A DNA stretch of 34,788 nt from Octopus bimaculoides (GCF_001194135.2 NC_068989.1:49639193-49673980), one strand, 5' to 3'; positions 12,666-24,129 are shown, counted from the first letter of the stretch. The notes: generated by a model from the sequence alone, not told the origin. Translations and numbers: made by a program.

Positions 12666-13070
12666 TTCACCTCCATTCATAATTAGGGCCTTCTTTGTTG
12701 AAATTTTGAAAGAAATAAGGTAAAATTGTACATGTTTGTTTTTTCTTTTTACTTCTTTAACTTGCATTGTTGTGGTTTCTCAAACACTTTTAATTCTATT
12801 TTCAATTCTTCCAATAAATTTCATTGCACTGCTACATTGAAGTGTTTTCATTTCCTCTGTAGAGCCAAAGAAATATATCCTTTATGTCATCATTAAGATT
12901 TTACTGTTTGTTCATTAACCAATAATACAACTGAGTTATTACATTTCAAATAATGTAATTTCTTTCATTATCAATGTTCTACATAATATGTAGGTGACAG
13001 CAAACATCTTTTTGAATGAGAAGGTGTCTCTCTCTAATCAAATATTATAACTCTCAATATTTACTTCTCT

Positions 13071-13285
13071 TAAGGTGTCAAGCTGGCAGAATCATTAGCA
13101 TACCTGGCAAAATGCTTAGTGGTATTTCGTCCATCATTATGTTCTGAGTTCAAATTCTGTCAAAGTTGACTTAGCCTTTCAGCCTTTCGGATCAATAAAA
13201 TAAATACCAGTTGGGCACTTGGGTTGATTTAATTGACTTGACCCCTCCCCCAAAAGTGTTAGCCTTGTGCCAAAATTTGAAACCA
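13071..13285 (+). mobile_element. SINE family B
   Basis: AGCTGGCAGAATCATTAGCA...TTCTGAGTTCAAATTC (B-box). Partial TSD CAATATTT on both sides. Confidence 0.85.
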
Positions 13286-13539
13286 ATATTTCTCTTCCAA
13301 AGTTTTTATTTCCATCATCACTCCTATCTCTACTGAAATGGTATTTGTTCCTTCAATGATGATATTGAAAAATTATTCTTATTAACTTCAGTCATCCCAT
13401 ACACGATATTCAATTTACATGCTTCCTTCATTGGAGCCTGTTATTAAAATCTCATGCACAGTATCTTATTCTTCTAGCTAATCTCATGGAGGTGATACAT
13501 TAAATTTTTCCCTTGTTTATCATTAAATCTTCAGCTTTC

Positions 13540-13767
13540 TTAACCCTTTAGCATTCAGATTATTCTGTCAAATGCAATGCTTATTTATTCACATTGTTTT
13601 GAATTAATTATGCATTGTCTCATAGCTTTGAGATTTTGATGATGTGATTGCTTATTTTTAGAATAACATTGTAGGGTAGGTATGAGAGGACTGATCTGGC
13701 TGGTTTGAACTTGAAACAGATAGAATATTCTGGTCAGATATGGCCAGTTTAAATGCTAATGGGTTAA
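13540..13767 (+). mobile_element. piggyBac-type MITE
   Basis: TTAA-CCCTTTAGCATT ... AATGCTAATGGG-TTAA termini. Confidence 0.85.
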
Positions 13768-14787
13768 ATAGTCACTCTGAATGTTAGGCTTTACAATCAC
13801 TGATGATCTCTCGTTACAATGTTTAGGACCGTGTCCCAAAGACTGGCCTTCTTTTCAGAGTCAGAAAATACTTAAACCCCAAACAGTTGCTAATACTCAT
13901 CAAAGGTCTAGTGAGGACCACAACAGAGCATGCTCCCACATCTGGGACAGTACTGTTGATGCAACCAATAACTCGGGCTCCTTTTATTGAGTCTGGTTGC
14001 AGTTCATTCACTTTCGTTCAGTGTCTGTTGGTCGTCTTAGAAGTGCCCTGTGTCAAAAAATGTCATTTGTAGCAGATATTCTCTCGACATCGTTCACACT
14101 CGCCTGACTTGAAAGTTACAGCCTGAGTTGTTATCTATAATTGTAAAAATTAAAAGTAATTCAAATTCAATGTTTTGTTGTAACAACAAATTTCTATAGA
14201 GATTAGGATTTAAATTCCAGTCTATGAAAAGTTTCCGTTCTACAATATTCTTAAAGGAACGAAAAATTATCCAGCAACTTGGGCTAATACGAATGAGCCT
14301 GGTAGGTGTAAAAGACTAACTGGTATGTCTTGTCAAGAGTACATGTGACAGTCAGATTGGTGATGTTTGTTGTGCACTCCACTGTTGTTATTTGATTGCT
14401 GTTATTTTGTGTGCCTGGGTAAAGATCAAGTGTGTTTTGCAGAACTGCTTTATTTTTACCCTTAACTTAGAAATGGAGAAAGACAGTGTTAGATATAAAA
14501 AATAAGTCATATGGGGCAAAATTTGTGATGAGCCTGAGTGAGGCTGATGACCTGGAGTTGCCTCTTATATATATACATATATATANNNNNNNNNNNNNNN
14601 NNNNNNNNNNNNNNNNNNNNNNNNNNNNNNNNNNNNNNNNNNNNNNNNNNNNNNNNNNNNNNNNNNNNNNNNNNNNNNNNNNNNNNNNNNNNNNNNNNNN
14701 NNNNNNNNNNNNNNNNNNNNNNNNNNNNNNNNNNNNNNNNNNNNNNNNNNNNNNNNNNNNNNNTATATATATATATATATATATATA

Positions 14788-16170
14788 TCATCATCATCAT
14801 CATTTAACATCCGCTTTCAATGCTAGCATGGGTTTGATAATTTGATTGGGGACTGGTGAACCAGATGGCTGCACCAGACTCCAATCTGATCTGGCAGAGT
14901 TTCTACTGTTGGATGCCCTTCCTAGTGCCAACCATTCCAAGAGTGTAGTGGGTGCTTTTTACGTGTCACTGGCACGAGGGCCAGTCTGGCGGTACTGGCA
15001 ACGACCATGCTCAAATGGTGTTTTTTACATGCCACCTACACAGGAGTCAGTCCAATGTTTTCTTTACATGCTATCGGCACGAGTGCCAGTAAGGCGAAGC
15101 TGGAAACGATTGGACTGAAATGGTGCTTTTTACGTGCCACTGGCACGGAAGCAAGACCGCTGCTCTGGCAGTGATCCCGCTCAGATGGTGCTATTAGCGC
15201 TCCACTGGCATGGGTGCCAGTCAGCGAATTTGGTTCAGTTTCGATCTCACTTGCCCCAACAGGTCTTCATAAGCTGAGTTTAGTGTCCAATGAAGTAAGG
15301 CTGGCATGGGTGCCAGTCAACGAATTTGGTTCAATTTTCGATTTCGATTTCACTTGCCTCAACAGGTCTTCGCAAGCAGGGTTTTGTGTACAAAGAAGGA
15401 AAGGTACGCATAAGTGGGCTGGCTACAACCCTGGTAAAGGCCATGGGTCATGGTCTCACTTGGCTTGCTGGGTCTTCTCACGCACAGCATATTTCCAAAG
15501 GTCTCGGTCACAAGTCATTGCCTCGGTGAGGCCTAATGTTCAAAGGTCGTGCTTCACTATCTCTTCCCAGGTCTTCCTGGGTCTACCTCTTCCACAGGTT
15601 CCCTCAACCGCAAGGGTGTGGCACTTTTTCACACAGCTATCCTTATCCATTCTTGCCAAATGACCATACCAGTGCAATCGTCTCTCTTGCACACCACAAC
15701 TGATGCTTCTTAGGTCCAACTTTTCTCTCAAGGTACTGATACTCTGTCTAGTATGTACACTGACATTACACATCTATTGGAGCATACTGGCTTCATTTCT
15801 TGCGAGCTTACGCATGTCCTCAGCAGTCACGGCTCATGTTTCACTGCCATGTAGCATGACTGTTCATACACATGCGTCATACAGTCTGCCTTTTACTCTG
15901 AGCAAGAGGCTCTTTGTCACCAGCAGAGGTAAGAGCTCTCTGAACCTTACCCAGGCTATTCTTATNNNNNNNNNNNNNNNNNNNNNNNNNNNNNNNNNNN
16001 NNNNNNNNNNNNNNNNNNNNNNNNNNNNNNNNNNNNAGCTACACTTTCAGCGCACCCTCCCCCGCTACTGACTTGGTCACCTAGGCAATGAAAGCTAACA
16101 ACTACTTCTAGTTTTTCTCCCTGGAATGTTGCAGAAGTTGTTCGCTGCGCATTTTCAGTGTTGTTCTCTG

Positions 16171-16172
<2 letters not shown>
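14788..16172 (-). mobile_element. RTE-clade LINE, 5'-truncated, with stop codons
   Basis: Minus strand: GEKLEVVVSFHCLGDQVSSGGGCAESVA [gap] IRIAWVRFRELLPLL...KGRLYDACV*TVMLHGSET*A...RRLHWYGHLARM...RGRPRKTW...DRDLWKYAVREKT, then a 3'UTR and (GAT)n tail. RLxWYGH and RGRPRKTW are typical RTE C-terminal motifs. Confidence 0.92.
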
Positions 16173-16214
<42 letters not shown>

Positions 16215-16387
16215 CATGACAGGCTTCTGTCAGTTTCTGTCTACAAAATCCATTCACAAGGCTTTAGTTAGCCTGAGGCTATAGTTAGCCTGAGGCTATA
16301 GTAGAAGACGCTTGCTCAAGGTGCCATGCAGTAGGACTGAACCTGGAACCATGTGGTTGGGAAGCAAGCTTCTTACCACACAGCCAC
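16215..16387 (-). mobile_element. SINE family A with 17-bp internal duplication
   Basis: Reverse complement begins GTGGCTGTGTGGTAAGAAGCTTGCTTCCCAACC. TAGTTAGCCTGAGGCTA repeated at 16265-16281 and 16282-16298. Confidence 0.88.
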
Positions 16388-16722
16388 TTTGAGCACCAGA
16401 GGTGTACTATGTCTTAGTGGCTATAGCTTATTCTGTTTCTTGAGTGAAAGAAGTTCATTGACACAGTAAGTACAGTACTGGATGCACAAACCATCAATCG
16501 GAATGAGCTCAAACATTGCTTTTACTTTCAATGCTGATATCATTCTTCAGAATAGACACTCTCTGACTGAATCAATATAATATTGCTCTACTCACTGAAA
16601 GATCAATGATTCTTTAATCTATCTTCTGTGATATGCTGTATCCATGACTGTACAACAATTCAACATTGCACGAAATTTGAGCAGAGTCATTGTTGGCAGC
16701 AGCGTTTTTGTTGGCATTGTTA

Positions 16723-16987
16723 TTGTAATCATCATCATGATCATCATGATCATCATGATCATTATCATCATCCCCGTCAGCTGCATCATCATCATCATCA
16801 GCAGCAGCAGCATCATTATCATCAACATCATCAGCTGCCACTAAATCATCATCATCAATACCATCATCATCATCATCATCATCATCAGCTGCATCGTCGT
16901 CGTCGTCATCATCATCATCATCACCACCACCACCATCATCATCATTATCATCAACATCATCATCATCATCATCATCATCACCACCAC

Positions 16988-17058
<71 letters not shown>

Positions 17059-17158
17059 TCAGCAGCAGCAGCAGCAACAGCAGCAACAGCAGCAACAGTA
17101 GCGGCATCATCATTATCATCAACATCATCAGCTGCCACTACATCATCATCATCAACAT
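16723..17158. repeat. compound (CAT)n/(CAG)n/(CAC)n trinucleotide repeat
   Basis: Directly visible. Confidence 0.95.
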
Positions 17159-17399
17159 AACCATTTTAATATCATTTTAATATCATTTTAATATCCTCTT
17201 AACTTCAACTTTACTGGGTTTGTATGGGTCAGACAGAATCCATTGAGGCAGAATTTCTACAGCTGTTTCTACTTTCCTGCTGTCAACCCTTACCTGTTTC
17301 CAAGAAATGGAATATTTCTCCCATAAATGAGCATGTTTTCAGGGGAGATTGAAAACAAAGGTCTCTGCTTATATTACAGCGACATCCATTTAAATAACT

Positions 17400-18430
17400 A
17401 GGCTTTCTTTCGAACATAATCAACCAAATCAACTCTCCAGTCTTTGGTTGGCCCAGGACTATAGTGAAAAACACACAAGGTGCCAAAGTGTGGGGCAGAG
17501 CCTGAAATGTTTGGTTGGCCCAGGACATTAGTGAAGAATACACAAATACCAAACAGTTGGTCAGAGACTGAAATCTTTGGTTGGCCTAGGACTATAGTAA
17601 AAGACAAAAGGTTAGTCTAGGACTATACTAAGACACACACATGGTGCCAAACAGTGGGGCAGAGTCTGAAATGTTTGGCTTTCCCAGGAGTATAGTAATA
17701 GACACACAAGGTGCCAATCAGTGGGACAGAGCCTGAAATCATTGGTTGGTCCAGGACAATAATAAAAGTCACAGAAGGTGGAAAACATTAAGATAGAACC
17801 TGTAACCTTTGGTTGGTCCAGGACTATAGTTAAAGACACTCAAGGGGTCAAACAGTGGGACAAAACCTGTTACTTTTGGTTGGCCCAGGACTATTGTAAA
17901 AGACACTCAAGGTGCAAAACAGTGGGACAGAACCTGAAATCTTGGTTGACCCAGGACTATACACTCAAGGTGCCAAACGGTGGGACAAAACTTGTTATAA
18001 TTTGGTTGGCCCAGGACTATAGTTAAAGACACTCAAGCTGCCAAACAGTGGGAAAAAACCTGAAATCTTGGTTGGCCCAGGACTATTGTAAAAGACGCTC
18101 AAGGTGCCAAATAGTGGAACAGAACCTGAAATCTTGGTTGGCCCAGGTCTTTTGTAAAGGACACACAAGGTGCCAAACAGTGGGACAAAACCCGAAATGA
18201 AATGGTTGTGAAGTAAAAGACACTCAAGGTGCCAAACAGTAGGACAGAACTTGCTATCCTTGGTTGGCCCAAGACTATAGTTAAAGACACTCAAGGTGCC
18301 AAACAGTGGGAGAAAACCTGTTATCTTTGGTTGACCCAAGACTATTGTAAAAGACACTCAATGTGCTAAAAAGTGGGACAGAACCCGAAATAAAGTGGTT
18401 GGGAAGTAAAATTCTTAACCACACAGCTAC
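17400..18430 (-). repeat. tandem array of ~15 x 66-67 bp units inside one SINE A copy
   Basis: Unit anchor GGTTGG(CCC) recurs at ~17446, 17513, 17579, 17610, 17677, 17744, 17811, 17878, 17944, 18004, 18070, 18136, 18204, 18262, 18329. SINE head at ~18395-18430 and SINE downstream core at ~17400-17445 (minus strand). Confidence 0.88.
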
Positions 18431-18486
18431 TCCTGCTCCTAATACACCCACAGCTATACCCATGCCTAGTAAAAAGAAAAAAAATG

Positions 18487-18736
18487 TTAAAGCTAACTTC
18501 TGAAGTCATGCTGATTCATAGGGACCAGTTTCTGTGGGTTCATAATGTATATATTCTTCACCTGGATGGGACGCCAGTCTGTTGCAGGATTACTCACTTT
18601 TGCAAGCTGAATGCCTGCAGCAATGTGAAACGAAGTATGTTGCTCAAGAGAACAACATGTCACCCAGTTCGAGGAATCAAAACCACAATCTTACGATTAT
18701 GAGTCCAACACCTTAACCACTAAGCCACATGTCTCC
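18487..18736 (-). mobile_element. tRNA-derived SINE family D
   Basis: Minus strand GGAGACATGTGGCTTAGTGGTTAAGG (A-box) ... GGTTTTGATTCCT (B-box) ... CTTGAGCAAC...ACTGGCGTCCCATCCAGG. Confidence 0.75.
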
Positions 18737-19139
18737 ATTTCAGCTATGCCTCATAGCTATACCTGTACCTAGTTTTGATTAACAAATAATGTATAGTTAG
18801 CAAATATTTCAAAAGTTTGCAGTGAAAGTCTTTCTGTAATTATGTTTACACAATAGCAGTTCCATTTCAAACAATGGTTCTACAGTCACTACGCTATAAA
18901 AGTAGACCCAATATAAATGTTATATGCTGGTCAGTTTTGTTAGTTTAGAAAACTATTATGTAAAACTATTTAAAAAGAATTAAGATATACATTGTTGTAA
19001 TTGTTATATCATTGAATGTTTTTCCCTCTGGAAATCTATAGCTTATGAACCAAGTCTGATAACAGACCATTGAGTCAAAAGAAGAGCTTCTAAGCCTGCT
19101 AAAAATAGCAGCCAAATTCACTTCAAATCAAACTCTATG

Positions 19140-19306
19140 GCATATAAAAAGTACCCAGTACTCTCTGCAAAACAATTAGCATTAGGAAGGGCATCCAGAT
19201 GTAGAAACCATGCCAAAATATGAAATTGAAACCTGATGCAGCCCTGCAGCCGATTAGTTCCTTGTCGAAGCATCCAACCTATGCCCAAATGGAAAGTGGA
19301 CATTAA

Positions 19307-19370
<64 letters not shown>
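19140..19370 (+). mobile_element. RTE-tail-related element ending in (GAT)n
   Basis: GGAAGGGCATCCAGATGTAGAAACC...AAAGTGGACATTAAAG followed by (GAT)n. Confidence 0.7.
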
Positions 19371-19371
<1 letters not shown>

Positions 19372-19469
19372 TAATATAGTCAGTGATACCCCCGATAAAA
19401 AAAAGATGCAATGAACACAACTGGAATACTTTTGAATAGTTCTGTATGACAAATTGGCCGTCATTAGAG

Positions 19470-19575
19470 TGTTGGATAGAATGTCTTGTGGTATGTGGCC
19501 TGAGTCTCTGCACTCTGAGTTCAAATCCTGCTAAGGTTATCTTTGCCATTCATTCTTTCAGGTTCATAACCACAA
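19470..19575 (+). mobile_element. SINE B fragment
   Basis: CTCTGAGTTCAAATCCTGC...CTTTGCCATTCATTCTTTCAGG. Confidence 0.55.
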
Positions 19576-20179
19576 ATACCTGTTGGATGGATGATTGTGG
19601 AGATAATGGTAGGGTAATATGATGATGAGTGATTGTAGAAGAGCAGTTGGGCAGTAGGTTAATGAGTGATTGTCGGAGAGAGAGGTGGGGTGGTATGAAA
19701 AGGGACGAGAATGAAGGGATTGAGTATAGACAAATCAGATGCCATCTCTTGCTATAGAGGCTGCATGGTGTAGTGAAAATGACAGGGTAAAAGGAGCTAG
19801 GACAGTAGATTGAGACTCAGCAGGAACACTGGACAACAGACCAAACTCCATCACTATCACCATTATATTGATCACCATAGGGCTGTGCTTATGCAGATAT
19901 GTGTAGTTCTTTGTATTCACAGTAGATAGAGACTTAATGGAAGTATTGTGCAAAAAACCCAGTGATTATTTCCCAAACTCCATCATCACCACCATTATAA
20001 TGACAACCATGAAGCTGTGGTATACAGGTATGTGTATCCTCTCTGGTAATCACAATTCTTTGTCATATCCTTTGTGGGGTTCAGCTTATTGAGGTCAGTT
20101 TTCAATGTTTCACCTCATATCTTCCTATGTATCTCTCTTCTATATTATGGGGCGAGTGCACTAAGTGGGGACAAGTAAA

Positions 20180-20543
20180 AATGCTATGTTAATACCAGTT
20201 CAAATATGCTAAGAGCATGTTCAGACTTGCAAACAAGTCATTCACCATGTTTTGCCATGGAGAAAATTTCTTGCTGTAGACATACGGAGTAAAAAAACAC
20301 CCAAATCAGCTCTCAGTGCCACCTATCCAGAAACCGCCTGATTTCTGTGACTGAAGAGGTGATAACTACTCCAAAATGTTTGCACCTCACAGTCTGGATA
20401 GATGGTACTGCAAGCTGATTTGCGTGTATTTTACACCTTATGTCTACAGTGAGAAATTTTCTCCATGACAAAATATGGTAACTGGCTTGCTTATGAGTTT
20501 GAGTGTCCTCTTAGCATATTGGAACTGGTATTAACATTGCATT
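20180..20543. mobile_element. foldback/palindromic MITE-like element with ~150-bp arms
   Basis: 20180-20331 is the reverse complement of 20393-20543. I count 18 mismatches over the outer ~104 bp. Confidence 0.8.
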
Positions 20544-20667
20544 CTCTTTTCTATAGGTTCCATAGACTTGGCTCTTCTTAATACAACTAACATCCTCCAC
20601 ACATCTCACACACCTGTACTGGTGTTGATTCCTCTCTCTTCAAGTGTTTGGTATTTCTTTATACAAC

Positions 20668-20985
20668 TAACATATGAGGAAGGCAGCCCTCTAATGTGTG
20701 ATGTGACATGCAGTGACATGTTCTCTGGCTCCAACCTTGTTGCATTGGCTGCAAACCCAGGTATCACAACCCATAGTGCAGAGGATAGAAAAATTCAGTA
20801 AATATAGGAGCCTGATTGGCTGCTGTCAATTTGTGTCAGTTGCTGTTGAGAGCTCACTGTTCTAGGACCCTGCACTGGTGTTTACTCCACAAAATTGGGA
20901 GTATCTGAGAAACGAGTCTCATGATGTGGGATGGCTGTTGCAGCCAGTATCTCTGGCCATTCTCCACAGAAGTACCATCATTGAC
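20668..20985 (+). mobile_element. probable CRE-like non-LTR retrotransposon fragment (restriction-like endonuclease region)
   Basis: EEGSPLMCDVTCSDMFSGSNL...SAEDRK/FSKYRSL...FVSVAVES...WLLQPVSLAIL resembles the GKxLxWDxTCxDT...AExxKxxKY...FxPxAVE...QRxSLAI pattern. One frameshift in the A-run at ~20790 and one in-frame stop. Confidence 0.6.
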
Positions 20986-21189
20986 ATGTCTGAAGGGTGC
21001 GAATGAATGCACCAGTTTTTCTGGAGTGTACTTCCCACCAGTGTTTTACTTAATCTCCTCCCCTTTTTCCCCCTTTTTCTTTGTTTCCTTGTAGTGAAAT
21101 TGCACTTCAGTCTTTATGGAAAAAAAATTAAGTGAAATTAAAAAAAACTAAAATACTTTGCATGACTCACATGCCTAAACAAGCATTGA

Positions 21190-22500
21190 CTCTATCTTTA
21201 AATTTATACATTTGACTCCAGTTTTTCTCTCTCATCATTTATAGTTTGTTCTTCATGCACGCTAAGATTATGCATTTAGTGGACTATGTTTGTTTCATTT
21301 CTTTCAGTTTTTGAACATTTTTCTCATTCAGATCCCATGTCTCACACCCATGCAGCATTGTACTTTGTAAACATGTATTGTACTATCAACCTTTCACTTG
21401 GAAATAGAAACCCTTTGTTGCTTGCGGAAGTAATAACGCCTTAAATTTTTCCACCACGTCCTTAGTCTGGCAACTGTACAGTGTTCTCAAGCCATTCATC
21501 TATTCTAGCCACCTCAGTGATAACTACCAGATCAATGAGAGGGACTTATCAAACATTTTTCAGATTGACAAATACTAAATATAATAGCTTCTTACTTCTA
21601 AGTACTTCACTAGGAATATGACATTAGTGGTACTTCTGCATCTCATCCAGGGCAAATTGTGTTCCTTGTCAATTTTGCAACAGTTCTTTCTGTAACTTTC
21701 ATAACATGTTGATACCGCTATAGATAGCAGCCTCTCTTAAGTGTGTCTCTTTTGTTCTTGTAGCAATTGACAATGATACTGTTATGCCAGTCATTAAGTG
21801 TGATGCCTTTCTGCATTACCTGATTCAAAAGGCTAGCACATGTCCTATTTCATCAGATGTTTTAAGCATCATGACAATTGTCTTCCTGATGGACCAACTG
21901 CTTTCCCTGCCTTCGTACACTTGATCATTCTATATATTCTACAGCTGTCAACTTTAACCCTTTAGTATTCAGATTATTCTGTTGAATGCAATGTTTATTT
22001 ATTCACATTAATCTAAATTCAACATGCATTATCTTATAACTTTTAAATTTCAACGATGTACTTGCTTATTTTTAAAATGACATTTTTAAAATGACATTTT
22101 TTAAAAGTAGAGTAGGTGTGATATGCTGGATCTGCCCAGTTTGAACCCAAAACAGGTAGAATATTTTGGCTGGAAAAGGCTGGTTTAAATACTAAAGGGT
22201 TAATGACTGGGCCCTCTGCTGGGTCTACTAGGGCTAGACTCTCTCTCTCTCTCTCTTGCATCTGCCTAATTTAACTGCCTCCCAATAACATCCAATGCTT
22301 CTCTCTTTTACTATCAGTTAGAGCAATGCAGAGTTATCATTTCCCATGCATCTCTGTGCATTTCTTTCCAGTATACTACTTTGCCATCCAAAACACCTCA
22401 TACCTTTGATCCACATAAACACAGAACTGGTGCAATCTTCTCCATTCCTACTTCTGCTGCCTCCTTTTTCCTAATATCTTCAAGCCTGTATCTTAGCTTT
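21190..22500 (-). mobile_element. old decayed RTE LINE with internal deletion, interrupted by a MITE
   Basis: Minus strand: DQRYEVF...VDPAEGPVI|MITE|KVDSCRIYRMIKCTKAGKAVGPSG...NDWHNSIIVNCYKNKRD...IDEWL//VARLRTWWK...TMLHGCETW. Confidence 0.8.
21954..22203 (+). mobile_element. piggyBac-type MITE (third copy)
   Basis: TTAA-CCCTTTAGTATT ... AATACTAAAGGG-TTAA termini. Confidence 0.85.
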
Positions 22501-23199
22501 TATGATTCTATCCACTACCAAGTACTATTCTATAGTTATGTTATGTTACCTTTTGTATAACTAGAATCTTTCACCGTATTTGTAAATCCATTGCAATAAA
22601 CACTATATCCAAACAGGTTTCCTAACATAAATAGTCAATTGGTTGTAAGCCCAACATTGTAACCATTGTGCAGATGGAATTTTCTTCCTTTGGAAATTTA
22701 TGGACAATAGCATTAAACAAGTTGTTTTGCTTTAGGTATTCTAGCCAATGTCTATTCCAGAAAAACTTAATATATAATAAATATATAAACAAATAAAAGA
22801 AGACAAAATGCAAAGATACAAGAAATTGGTGTTTTCTTAATATAATGGTACTATAAACTGCATGAATATTGTATATTAGTGTCAACCAAGCAAATTATTG
22901 CTTTTTCCTTTTCTTTTCTATTTATGTCCTCTTTTTCATTTCTCTTACATTCCTACACATTATAAAGATATTTGGTCCAGTAATTATTAGTTTGGAACTG
23001 GTTCCAGTATCTACAGAATAATGGATGTGGAGGTATTGCTATATTAAGATCAGATACGAAACATAGCTTCAGATTTTAATATCAGATGAAACTCTTTGGA
23101 AAGTGAAAAGGATTTGCTTATTGAAGACTCTGCTTTCAGAGTGTTTGGAATATTTCCCTAAAACTTCTGTTAGCTTCTTTTAACATACACACAACTACA

Positions 23200-23501
23200 C
23201 ACACACACACACACACACACAACCATGTATGCATACTTTCACATAGACTCCCATAACTGCATGCGTGTATGTGTGTGTATGAGGGAACTATATATTTACA
23301 TATTTATAGATGTATGTGTGCTTCAATTTAGATGTGTGTGTGTGCATATGTGTAATGTCCGTATGTATCTGTTAGAGAATGTACTGCACCTTTATGTACA
23401 AGTACTTGTATTTATAATTAATTGCATGCATATATATTTAGTGTGTGTGCATGTGTGTGTATGTTCATATATATATATGCACACAACGTCATCATGAATA
23501 T

Positions 23502-23550
<49 letters not shown>

Positions 23551-23835
23551 TACACACACGTATANNNNNNNNNNNNNNNNNNNNNNNNNNNNNNNNNNNN
23601 NNNNNNNNNNNNNNNNNNNNNNNNNNNNNNNNNNNNNNNNNNNNNNNNNNNNNNNNNNNNNNNNNNNNNNNNNNNNNNNNNNNNNNNNNNNNNNNNNNNN
23701 NNNNNNNNNNNNNNNNNNNNNNNNNNNNNNNNNNNNNNNNNNNNNNNNNNNNNNNNNNNNNNNNNNNNNNNNNNNNNNNNNNNNNNNNNNNNNNNNNNNN
23801 NNNNNNNNNNNNNNNNNNNNNNNNNNNNNNNNNNN

Positions 23836-23891
<56 letters not shown>

Positions 23892-24005
23892 TACACACAC
23901 GTATATATATATATGTTTGTGTGGGAGTGTGTATCTAAATATGCATATCTATATGAATGTACGTATATATGTGTGTTTGTATGTGTGTGTGTGTGTATGT
24001 ATGCA

Positions 24006-24041
<36 letters not shown>

Positions 24042-24071
24042 CCTCTCTCTCTCTCTTTCTCTCTCTCTCTC

Positions 24072-24103
<32 letters not shown>

Positions 24104-24129
24104 NNNNNNNNNNNNNNNNNNNNNNNNNN

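Noticed and set aside
13781-14072. Three overlapping ~60-aa ORFs
   Set aside because: No motif recognised, and the strand is ambiguous.
14525-14550. C/D snoRNA boxes (GTGATGA...CTGA)
   Set aside because: The boxes are too close together and there is no terminal stem.
16614-17138. Poly-Asp/His/Met ORFs (also 25085-25606 and 26212-26800)
   Set aside because: Translations of CAT/GAT microsatellites, open in several frames, and attached to retroelement tails.
17440-18400. CRISPR-like repeat-spacer reading of the 66-bp array
   Set aside because: No unique spacers, the whole unit is SINE-derived, the context is eukaryotic, and there are no cas genes.
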